Positions 20,995-29,461 of a stretch of DNA of 64,000 bases are shown one piece after another (the stretch's first letter is position 1; the number at the start of each line of letters is the position of its first letter). The notes under the pieces are model-generated. The model did no database searches. It was not told the DNA's origin and was given only the letters and a program-made list of their open reading frames with translations. Source of the stretch: an uncultured Gemmatimonadota bacterium. GTDB lineage: Bacteria > JAAXHH01. Made by a program: the position numbers and the translations under genes. The stretch spans positions 3,136,001 through 3,200,000 of the forward strand of contig OX638340.1 of NCBI GenBank assembly GCA_951812955.1, in the 5' to 3' direction.

Positions 20995-23900
20995 CTACTG
21001 TTGCTGCTGTTTCTCAAGTTCTTCCCACTGTTTCCTGAACTTTTCCTGGGCTTCTTTAGCTCTTATTTCGTGAGGTTGATCGTCGTAATCGTACATAGCC
21101 TTCTCAAGCTCTGTTTGTTTGTAGAACTTCGTTGTGCTTTCTATCGATTCGAGTTTTCCTAGTGCTTCGGCAATGTGGAATAGTTCTTCTATCATAGTAC
21201 TCTCTACCATTCCTGCATTACCCTTAATCAACGCCTCATTGATATATGCCACTGAACCTGTTTGAGGGATTATCACCTCTTCTATTTCATCGATGGTTCT
21301 GGCGAAGGCAGGAAAATACCGGAAGTGTATCTGGGCAAGTCCACGGTACGTTTCACCGTCTGGAGCGATATCAAAAACGAATTCCTGAGTAGCTTTATGT
21401 ACATGGTTGTACAACTGATTCCCGATTTCTGTCTTCCTCAGGTTGGCGAAATAGCCCTCGAATCGTTTCCTTTCTACGATCGACAGATCAGATGAGAGTT
21501 TGATAACCCTCCCATCCGGGTCCACATATTTAAGCGGATTGTTGTTGGCATAGGCGTACGGGCTCCGTCCCGGATACTCGTCCTGCATGGGATCGGGCCG
21601 CAGGAATCGGCCTATATTGTAAGCATACGTCCTTGCAAGCATGTAGTCAAGGCCGGACTCGGCGTCTCTCTCGTGGCCGGTGAATCTGAAGTGCGTCTGC
21701 TCTGATCCGCCGGATGCCAGGATATCGCCGTAGGGCCAGTAATCGTAGGCGGCGGTGACCGTGCCTTCCTCATCCACGAGGCTTCTGGTGCTTCCGAGAT
21801 GATCGGTCAGGAAGTAGCTTGCGCTACTACCTGCTATCCGCGCTATTCTTCTGCTGCCCGCGTACACGTACCTTGCAGATAGCATCTGACCCGAGTATTC
21901 GGCCAAGACGGATCCGCCTGGTCCCCGCAGGTAGTAGGTGGTCACCGTGCCTACGGTCTTCTTCACGCGCCGTCTGTCGGGATCCATGAGATACCGTGCG
22001 CTGCCGTAGCCGGTGGTAAGCCCGCGGTAGTCATAGCTCACTGTATCAGTGCCCTTGCGCGTCATCCACCCGTTCGGATTGTAGGCGTAGTTCTGCCCAC
22101 CGGTGCCGGTGGTGCTGTCCAGCCTGTTGGGTGTGGAGGCGGACGTGTAGTTGTAGGTGAGCGTACTGGTACCTGTGACCAGGCTGGTGATATTTCCGTT
22201 CCTGTCGTAGGTGTAGTCCTGCGAGGTACCGCCCGACACGTCGAAGCCGGTGATCCGGTACAGGTCGTCGTAATCGTAGTCCGCGGTTATGGACGCGGCG
22301 CTACCGTGCCGGTACACCTGCCTGGTGACGTTGCCCACGTGGTCGTAGGTGAGGGCGGACTTGAACGTGCCGGCATAGTTCAGGTCTGTGACCCATTCCC
22401 GCGCGTTGTAGGTGTAGGATCCGGTGATGGCGCCGTCTCCCGCGACGTCGCCCACTCCGTCGCCCACAACGTGGGTGGCGATATTACCCGCGGCGGTGTG
22501 GGTGTAAGCAGCCAGGGTCTTGCCTTGCGCATCCCACACGCGGCTGAGCCGCCCGGCGCTGTCGTAGGCGTAGCGCGCCTGGCTGCCGTCGGGATATATG
22601 AGCCTGGTGATGCGCCCAGCCAGGTCGTGGACGTATTCTACCGTCTTGTCGCCGGTCAGGCCGTCGATGTCGACCTGCTTGACGCGCACGTTGCCGAGAT
22701 GGTCGTAGGCGTACAGGTAGCTGACCTCGGCGGTCGCGTCGGCGTCGGTGTTCTCCTCGACGTTGGTCAGACGCCCCTGGGTGTAGTTGGGTCCACCGCC
22801 TGCGGCATCACCGTCGTCGTAGGTCATGCGGCTTCGCCAGGAGGTGGTATCGCGTTCGAAGGGGTAGGAGCTTTCGGGATCTAGGGAGGCGAACGTGGCC
22901 GCTGCCTCGCCCACGCGCGTTACGCGCCCGAAGGCATCGTAGACGGTGTAGGTGATTTTCTCAGTGGCGTTGCCCGTGCCTGCAGCCTTCTGCCGCGCGT
23001 CCTGTGAAAAGCGCACGCGGCCCAGGTCGTCGTACTTGTAGCGGACTGGTCCGGCGGCATCGGGGTGATGCCTGGAGGTCATACGCCCCAGGGTGTCGTA
23101 GGCGTAGGTGGTGGTGGCGGTCAGCGGCCTGGCGGTAGTGCCTCTCTCTGGCATGGTGGTGGAGATGAGGCGATCCAGGGCGTCGTAGACAAAGGACGTC
23201 TTGTTGTTGCGGGTAGCAGCGTCCGTGCCCGCCGAGTCGGCGATGGCATAGCGCATGCGTCCGTAGGTGTCGTAGACGCTGGTGGTTGCCACCCCCTTCT
23301 CATCGTCTACGGTCTGGAACGATCGTCCCTGGCCGGACTCGATACCCCAGTTCCCGTAGCGGGTATCGACCGCATTATCCTGTGTGTGCCCGGGCGGGAT
23401 GACCTGCGATACCCGCAGGAGGGGATCGTCGTCGTAGGAGACTTGAGTGATGCGTTCTGCCGCGTCTGCGCGGGCCAGGGCGCCGTAGGTATGCGAAGGT
23501 GCCCGGTATACGGGACCAAGCAGGGTTTCGGGTTTATTGACGCGGTTGTAGTTCGTCTGGGCGACGATGTCGTTTGCGCCGGCGCTGGCGCGGGTCTGTA
23601 TCTGCCTGGCCAGGCCGTCGAAGGAGGAGGCCACCATCTCGGCGGCGCCGACGTAGAGGTTTGCGAGATATCCGTTTCCGGTCTCTCCCCGGGCCCTGAA
23701 GGCGGGCGTCCAGTTCGCGGGGACGGAGACCGAGGCCGACGCGCCCTTGAAGCGGGTCGTCTCATGACCGTAGAGCCACGCGTTCACGGTGCCCGTGGGC
23801 TGGAGCTCCATCTCCACGCGGGCCCAGGGCCATCTCCGGATGTATCCGGGCACGAAGGCCGAGGAGGCGGTCTGTCCGTCCACCCTGCTTTCAAGTTTTA

Positions 23901-26900
23901 CGGATCCGTTCTCGTAGACCACGCGGACGTGGTCGTCCCCGTCCTCGAAGGCCATGATGACGGTTTTTCCCGAAGATGCCGAGGCCGGATGAAAGTCGGC
24001 CCTTGCGGTGACGTGGCCGCCGACTCTTCCGGTTTCCAGGACGGAGGAGGGTCCGAGTTTCACGGACCGCTTCCCTGCCTTCTCCTGGTTATAGGCGACT
24101 CCCCCGCTGCCGGTGACCTGATCTTCGCCTGCCTGGGGGTCGATCGCAGCGCGGAACTCCGCGCCGGCCTTCGCCTGGAAACCGGTCGTCAGACGTACGC
24201 GTACACTGGCGCGCAGATCCACGGTCTCGCCGGAGGCGATGACGTAGGGGGCATCGGTTTCAAGACTGACGCCCTCCTCGAGGCGGTCGCCCGTGCCGCG
24301 GGCTACGATCCGGTGTCCGTCTCTGGAGAGATCCTTGTGGCCGTCCCTGGAAGGATAGGCGATAACGGTCTGCCGGTTCGGTCTGGCGGTGTTGTACGCG
24401 CTGAAACCGCCGATGCCGCGCGAGAAGCGGTGGTCCCGCTGGGCGGTTATGCGTCCCCTGCTGTCGCTTGCCTGAACGACACGCCTGAGACCGTCCCTCA
24501 GGTACCTCTCGGTATGTCCGTTCGGATCGGTGACGGCGACGGCGTCCAGCGTTACGGGATCCCAGGTGGTCATGACGCCGGGCTGAGCGCCCTGGGGCCA
24601 TACGCGCAGGTTGTCGAAAGCGGCGGCGCCTTGCAGCGCGCCGTTGGCCAGCTTCACGGCGTCTACGACGCCTCTGCGGCCCCTCATGTCCCAGACACCG
24701 GTTGTCGGATAGCGCACGCCGTCCACGTGGGCCCACCATCGCCCGTTCTTCCAGGCGATGCGCAGGCGGTGCCATCGGCCTGGTTCATAGTCGGCGCCGG
24801 TGTCTGTGAGGGCCCCGGACTGGATCACCCGGATGTGTCCGTCCCGGTCGAAGATCCACTGGATGCGGTTCCGTCCCAGGGTTATTTCGGTGCGCTCTCC
24901 GGTGGTCGGCACCCTGACGTCGATCTCGAACACGCCGGCGTCCAGGACGGTCAGGGTACGTTCGGCCACGGCATTGTCCACGGAGAGTGCGCCGCCCTCC
25001 AGGGTGATCGCGCTGCGCCGCCTGTTGTCGGTCCTGCGCCACGAGCCCGCGGCGGTGAGCGCGTCCCAGCCGGCAAGGTCGTCGAAGACCTCGGCGGTCA
25101 CCTGCGAGCCGGAGGCGCCGGTGAAGGCGGCCACGGGCCGCATCCTGCCGTAGCCCATGACCGTGGTGGTGACGGTGCCATGGGCGTCCTGTGCCTCGAT
25201 CAGGTTGCCGTAGGCGTCGTAGCCGGTGGCCACCTCCCGGTCGATCCACTCGCTCGGGCTCACCTGGCCGTCGCTGTCCTTATCGAGCCATACCGAGGTG
25301 GTATCCGGCATGACGATGCTACCTCCGTTGAACCGCCCATAGCGGTACCTGGTGGACTGCAGCCGGGCGCCGGATCCGTCCTTGACCGTGACCACGTGAG
25401 GGCGGTCCAGGATGTGTGCATTCTCCAGGAACACGTCATCGGGATCGTCGGCGTTCTTCCCGGCGACCTGGATATCCTTTGCGTATATCCTGATCTTGCG
25501 GTACACGGCCTGCTGCGGCTTGTATACGCCGGCGTAAAGCGTGAGATTGACTCGGGCGCTGTCCGTGTTCGAAGGTACAGGTACAAGGACGTCGAAGGAT
25601 TCCTCCTTCGGATCGGGCAGCCCGCCGGCTACAGGCACAACATGCGTTAGCGATGCTGCCGAACGGTAACCGCCGTCCTTCCAGTCGACAGTCACCGTGG
25701 CGCCGGCGTACATGTTGTCTCCGCCCTGCAACTGATCGGTCCCGAGGACGCCGCGGATGTGCAGCACATCGGTGCCGGACACGGAGAAGCGGCGGCCCTC
25801 GAAATCGTAGAATCCGGCGCTCTCAGTGACTGAGCCCGCATTCAGGAAGGCCTCCACCGAGGCCGTGGGCGGATCGTCCCGGCTCAGGAAGGCGGCGTGG
25901 ACCCGGTCACCGGTCGAAATGGATGTGTCGAGGACAGGCTGTCCGAAGGCCAGGGCCACCGGACTGCTTGTTACCGCATCTGCGTGATAGCTGGTCTCCG
26001 TGACGCGCAGGGTACGGGACCCGGATTTGAGCGTCTGCGTTGCCACTAGGCCGTTCCTGGCGTTGTGCGTCTGCTGTGTCGTGGTACTTACCCCGTCCCT
26101 GGTGGTCGTCGTCTCCCCTGCTCGCAACCAGTAGGCCTGCTGGGGGATACCCGGATGGTAGAAACTCTGCGACTCGCCGGTCCAGGTTCCCTGGGTCGTG
26201 ACCTGCCAGTCCGTCCGCTCCCGCTGGACCACTGCGCCAATACCGTCGTGCCAGGTTACCTCCTTGAGGAGCCCTCTTCGGATATCGCGTTCGGATTCGT
26301 GCTGCTTGTTCCTGGCCGAAAGCCCCAGGGCGTTCAAGTCGGCTTCGCCTACGAAGTTGCGGCGTATCTTGCCATGGGGCCCGGGCAGGATCTCGTCGAC
26401 GATGGGGAAAGTGATGCGGCGCACGCGATTGGCATTGACGGTCTCCATGACCGCATCGGTCTGGACGTAGACGAACGTAGTCGTATCCGCTACCGCGCCG
26501 CCCAAGCCGTCCGCGTCCCATATCCTGCGCTTGATGCGGCGGGACCGGTCGAAATAGGCGTCATCGTAAGCAAGCGAGGTGTCAGGATTTGTAATCTCCT
26601 CGTAGTCTATCTTCATCTCCCCGCCCGTGGGCGCGACGATCTTCGTAATACGGTAGCTGTCCGCAAGGGTGTTGGTGAAGCGATACGGCGGCAACTGGTC
26701 GCCGGCCGAGTTCCCTGTTCCCTTGATGGCGATTTCCTCGAGCAGCAGCGTGCGCGCATTATCCCCCGAGGCTACGGCAGGCCGCGGAGGACCGCCGTTG
26801 GCGCCGTTGTAGCGGAAGACGTATCGGGCGATCTGATTGCCATCCACGTCCGTAACCTTCAGGGCATCGAGACGGTGCGTACTCGCAAGGCCGTCGTACA

Positions 26901-28107
26901 TCCGGTAGTTCCGGTTGTCGGTGACCAGGTGATGGCCGTAGGACAGGGTCTCACCGGACGGCGTGTCGAAGTAGTTGTCATAGGTGATCACCACACCACC
27001 GCGAGAGGCAATCTGGATGTCGGGCCTGGCGCTGGTCTCGGTCGTGATCTTGCGTACGACCTTGCCATCTGTGCCGGCGAGGATGACCGTGTCGAGGTGC
27101 GCCGTGTTAAACGTCTTGACTACGGTCAGGTTGGTGCGGCTCTGACCAACCGTTATCCCGCCGGGAAACCGCGGGTCGATGTCCGCGTAGTCGAGCAGGT
27201 TGCGAAAAGAGCGCGTGGTTTCGGCCCGTTCCCTCGCCCTGTCCCGCACGGTGGTCACCGGACCGTCAGAGGTATACCGGAAGCGGATCGTGTTGCCGGC
27301 CTGGTCCCGGATCTCGGCCAGGTTCCACTGGTATACCATCTCGGGCATGAGTTCGTTGAAACCCCCCTGCTGTACCGCGCCGCCCTTGACGGTCTGGTTC
27401 ATGCCGTAGTCCTTGCCCGAGATCGTAACGGCGCCGAAAGTGTAGACCAGGCCCGATACGGTCTTGACCGTCCAGGTGGAGGAAAGCGGCGCATTCCTGT
27501 CGAAGTTCCACCTGATGTCCATGAAGCGCCTGTTCTCGGCGTAATAGACGTTGGTGGCGGGTAGCGCTACTCCCGGAGTGGCGGCGCGCTGCGAGTCGTC
27601 CAGTTGTCTGACGAGACGGTGGGAGCCGTCGGGAAGCACCAGGGAGAGATTGAAGGAAAAAGGATGGTTGATGGGACTACTCACGTCGCGCAGGTTGTAG
27701 CCGCCGGTCACCCTGATGGCCCCGAACTCCAGGTTCCATCCCAGGCCCACCCACGTGGCGTTATTGAGCGTAACCGTGCCCTTGCTGTTGGACTTGATCT
27801 GCTCGGCCGTGCCCAACTTGATCAGACGGTCGGTACCCGTCACCGCGCTGCTGTAGCGCATGCGAATGGGCAGGGACATGCCGCCCGCGCCTTCGACGTC
27901 GCCTAGCGGCACCGCGTAGGACCAGTTGCCCGAAAAGTAGTCAACCTGATCCGCGTCTATGACGCCGGAGAGGCTGTCGAAGTCGTAGGCGCTCTTGGAG
28001 GCATCTGTGATCGGCGTCTGCTGGCCGTGAACGATTGGCGCCGCCGTGGAGAGCATGAGGATGCCGATGAGCATCCTCACAGCGAAACAGCACAGGTGTC
28101 TTTGCAT
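20995..28107 (-). CDS. giant RHS/YD-repeat polymorphic toxin with Sec signal, SpvB-like N-terminal region and C-terminal toxin domain
   Basis: ATG at 28107 with SD AAAGGAG. Signal MQRHLCCFAVRMLIGILMLSTAAPIVHG. SpvB/TcB-like GLGWNLEFGAIRV. Long run of YD repeats. RHS core end YANNNPLKYVDPDG followed by a unique 200-aa tip. Confidence 0.85.
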   Translation of the reverse strand: MQRHLCCFAVRMLIGILMLSTAAPIVHGQQTPITDASKSAYDFDSLSGVIDADQVDYFSGNWSYAVPLGDVEGAGGMSLPIRMRYSSAVTGTDRLIKLGTAEQIKSNSKGTVTLNNATWVGLGWNLEFGAIRVTGGYNLRDVSSPINHPFSFNLSLVLPDGSHRLVRQLDDSQRAATPGVALPATNVYYAENRRFMDIRWNFDRNAPLSSTWTVKTVSGLVYTFGAVTISGKDYGMNQTVKGGAVQQGGFNELMPEMVYQWNLAEIRDQAGNTIRFRYTSDGPVTTVRDRARERAETTRSFRNLLDYADIDPRFPGGITVGQSRTNLTVVKTFNTAHLDTVILAGTDGKVVRKITTETSARPDIQIASRGGVVITYDNYFDTPSGETLSYGHHLVTDNRNYRMYDGLASTHRLDALKVTDVDGNQIARYVFRYNGANGGPPRPAVASGDNARTLLLEEIAIKGTGNSAGDQLPPYRFTNTLADSYRITKIVAPTGGEMKIDYEEITNPDTSLAYDDAYFDRSRRIKRRIWDADGLGGAVADTTTFVYVQTDAVMETVNANRVRRITFPIVDEILPGPHGKIRRNFVGEADLNALGLSARNKQHESERDIRRGLLKEVTWHDGIGAVVQRERTDWQVTTQGTWTGESQSFYHPGIPQQAYWLRAGETTTTRDGVSTTTQQTHNARNGLVATQTLKSGSRTLRVTETSYHADAVTSSPVALAFGQPVLDTSISTGDRVHAAFLSRDDPPTASVEAFLNAGSVTESAGFYDFEGRRFSVSGTDVLHIRGVLGTDQLQGGDNMYAGATVTVDWKDGGYRSAASLTHVVPVAGGLPDPKEESFDVLVPVPSNTDSARVNLTLYAGVYKPQQAVYRKIRIYAKDIQVAGKNADDPDDVFLENAHILDRPHVVTVKDGSGARLQSTRYRYGRFNGGSIVMPDTTSVWLDKDSDGQVSPSEWIDREVATGYDAYGNLIEAQDAHGTVTTTVMGYGRMRPVAAFTGASGSQVTAEVFDDLAGWDALTAAGSWRRTDNRRRSAITLEGGALSVDNAVAERTLTVLDAGVFEIDVRVPTTGERTEITLGRNRIQWIFDRDGHIRVIQSGALTDTGADYEPGRWHRLRIAWKNGRWWAHVDGVRYPTTGVWDMRGRRGVVDAVKLANGALQGAAAFDNLRVWPQGAQPGVMTTWDPVTLDAVAVTDPNGHTERYLRDGLRRVVQASDSRGRITAQRDHRFSRGIGGFSAYNTARPNRQTVIAYPSRDGHKDLSRDGHRIVARGTGDRLEEGVSLETDAPYVIASGETVDLRASVRVRLTTGFQAKAGAEFRAAIDPQAGEDQVTGSGGVAYNQEKAGKRSVKLGPSSVLETGRVGGHVTARADFHPASASSGKTVIMAFEDGDDHVRVVYENGSVKLESRVDGQTASSAFVPGYIRRWPWARVEMELQPTGTVNAWLYGHETTRFKGASASVSVPANWTPAFRARGETGNGYLANLYVGAAEMVASSFDGLARQIQTRASAGANDIVAQTNYNRVNKPETLLGPVYRAPSHTYGALARADAAERITQVSYDDDPLLRVSQVIPPGHTQDNAVDTRYGNWGIESGQGRSFQTVDDEKGVATTSVYDTYGRMRYAIADSAGTDAATRNNKTSFVYDALDRLISTTMPERGTTARPLTATTTYAYDTLGRMTSRHHPDAAGPVRYKYDDLGRVRFSQDARQKAAGTGNATEKITYTVYDAFGRVTRVGEAAATFASLDPESSYPFERDTTSWRSRMTYDDGDAAGGGPNYTQGRLTNVEENTDADATAEVSYLYAYDHLGNVRVKQVDIDGLTGDKTVEYVHDLAGRITRLIYPDGSQARYAYDSAGRLSRVWDAQGKTLAAYTHTAAGNIATHVVGDGVGDVAGDGAITGSYTYNAREWVTDLNYAGTFKSALTYDHVGNVTRQVYRHGSAASITADYDYDDLYRITGFDVSGGTSQDYTYDRNGNITSLVTGTSTLTYNYTSASTPNRLDSTTGTGGQNYAYNPNGWMTRKGTDTVSYDYRGLTTGYGSARYLMDPDRRRVKKTVGTVTTYYLRGPGGSVLAEYSGQMLSARYVYAGSRRIARIAGSSASYFLTDHLGSTRSLVDEEGTVTAAYDYWPYGDILASGGSEQTHFRFTGHERDAESGLDYMLARTYAYNIGRFLRPDPMQDEYPGRSPYAYANNNPLKYVDPDGRVIKLSSDLSIVERKRFEGYFANLRKTEIGNQLYNHVHKATQEFVFDIAPDGETYRGLAQIHFRYFPAFARTIDEIEEVIIPQTGSVAYINEALIKGNAGMVESTMIEELFHIAEALGKLESIESTTKFYKQTELEKAMYDYDDQPHEIRAKEAQEKFRKQWEELEKQQQQ

Positions 28108-28293
28108 GGTGAACTCCTTTAACATGGATGAATTGGAAAGGGGGTTGAATGAAACGCGCGATGTCAACGCATGGATGTATCGGATGAAGACCGGCATGAT
28201 GCGCTCCTTGATGGCGGACGGAACAGCCGCCCGGCATGGATCCTGCAACTCGTTATCGGGATGTGAGACTGAAGTCTTTGCGGGCATGAAATG

Positions 28294-28336
28294 AAAAACC
28301 CCCGTGCCGTGGGTCGATCAGAAGTAGCACGGGGAC
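28294..28336 (-). terminator. Rho-independent terminator downstream of 28566..29390
   Basis: Minus strand reads CCCCGTGCtacttctgatcgacccacGGCACGGGGGTTTTT. Confidence 0.55.
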
Positions 28337-28390
28337 GCTAGAAGGTCCGCGGGGTGCGGGTCCGCTAAGGGGACGCGAGGGTATTCTGAT
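28294..28390 (+). repeat. 97-bp repeat copy A (terminator hairpin + conserved 60-nt segment)
   Basis: About 96% identical to 35844..35940. CCCCGTGC..GCACGGGG stem with a T-run on the minus strand. Confidence 0.8.
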
Positions 28391-28565
28391 GCGGTTTTGT
28401 GATGAGCCTATGCGTGTTGCACAGGCGTTACGGTGTATCGATTCCTCTTTGTTGGTGTCGTCTTTGGCAAAAGATCGTATTCTCCGAACTATTCATGGCC
28501 CCGAAGGACCGGCTCCTCGACCGGTCCCCCGGGGTGGTGGCGCTGTGCTGCTCACACAGCGTCGA

Positions 28566-29390
28566 TCACCGATTCTTCTCCAGATCTGAAAGGCGCCTCT
28601 CCAGCGACTCGATGTAATGCTGCTGCGCGGCAAGCTGCCGCGTCTGCTCGTCGATGAACTTCCGCTGGGAAGCCAGTGCCCTGTGCTGGTCGATGGTGTA
28701 GAGCATGAGCTCCTCCACTTTCTCCAGCAGCCGGGTCTGCATCCGGCCGACGCTGACGCCTTCGGCTTCCATCTCGGCGCCCGGGGCGATGCCCGGAAGA
28801 TGACCGCGGGTTCGGATATGTTCTTTCAACGCGTCCAGGGACATGAGGTCGTAGTCCTCGTCGAACACGTAGTCGGCGGGCGTGACGTCCTCTATGTGGA
28901 TCTCCTCGGCCTTGATGCGGCCGTCCACGACGAGCCGCTCGTCCGGATCGTCCACGCCGATGCCCACGTTGCCGGTCAGCCGATAGACGTTGTCGTCCGA
29001 CACCGACCAGGGACTGCCCGCCAGCGCCGTGACGCGGAACGTCGCACTTGGCGAGTTCGTCATGGTACCCAGCTTCACCGTTACGTTCACCCGGCCCGGC
29101 TTAGCCGCTGCAATCGTCAAAGTGTTGCCGGAAACGCTGACCGTCACCAGATTCATGTCCGAAGACGTGGCGCTGAACCCGAGCGTGCCGATCATGCCGG
29201 TGACATAGATTGACAGATCCAGTTCAAGCTGGCCGCCGACCGCCAGGAACTGCGCCGGGATGGACTTCAGCGTCGGCGTCGACTGGTCGGGGACGGGTTC
29301 GTCTAACGCGTCTGCAAGCAGGGCTCCGGCATGCACCTTCGGTGTGATAAGCGCTGCCAGCATTGAAATGGTCAATAGAATCCTAAGCAT
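28566..29390 (-). CDS. secreted protein: Ig-like domain + conserved C-terminal fibre-like coiled-coil module
   Basis: ATG 29390 with SD AAAGGAG. Signal MLRILLTISMLAALITPKVHA. C-terminal ~165 aa about 70% identical to the C-terminus of the adhesin (WSVSDDNVYRLTGNVGIGV...LLEKVEELMLYTIDQH). Confidence 0.6.
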   Translation of the reverse strand: MLRILLTISMLAALITPKVHAGALLADALDEPVPDQSTPTLKSIPAQFLAVGGQLELDLSIYVTGMIGTLGFSATSSDMNLVTVSVSGNTLTIAAAKPGRVNVTVKLGTMTNSPSATFRVTALAGSPWSVSDDNVYRLTGNVGIGVDDPDERLVVDGRIKAEEIHIEDVTPADYVFDEDYDLMSLDALKEHIRTRGHLPGIAPGAEMEAEGVSVGRMQTRLLEKVEELMLYTIDQHRALASQRKFIDEQTRQLAAQQHYIESLERRLSDLEKNR

Positions 29391-29461
29391 GAATTGCTCC
29401 TTTCTGCGGTTAATGGAAATTGTGTCTCTGCGATCCTCATGGGACTGCGGGTTTCCGGTCA

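Noticed and set aside
23065-27564. Long plus-strand ORFs (23065..25650, 26065..27564 and others) inside the rhs gene
   Set aside because: Antisense to a strongly supported YD-repeat CDS. Low-complexity G/R/A/V composition.
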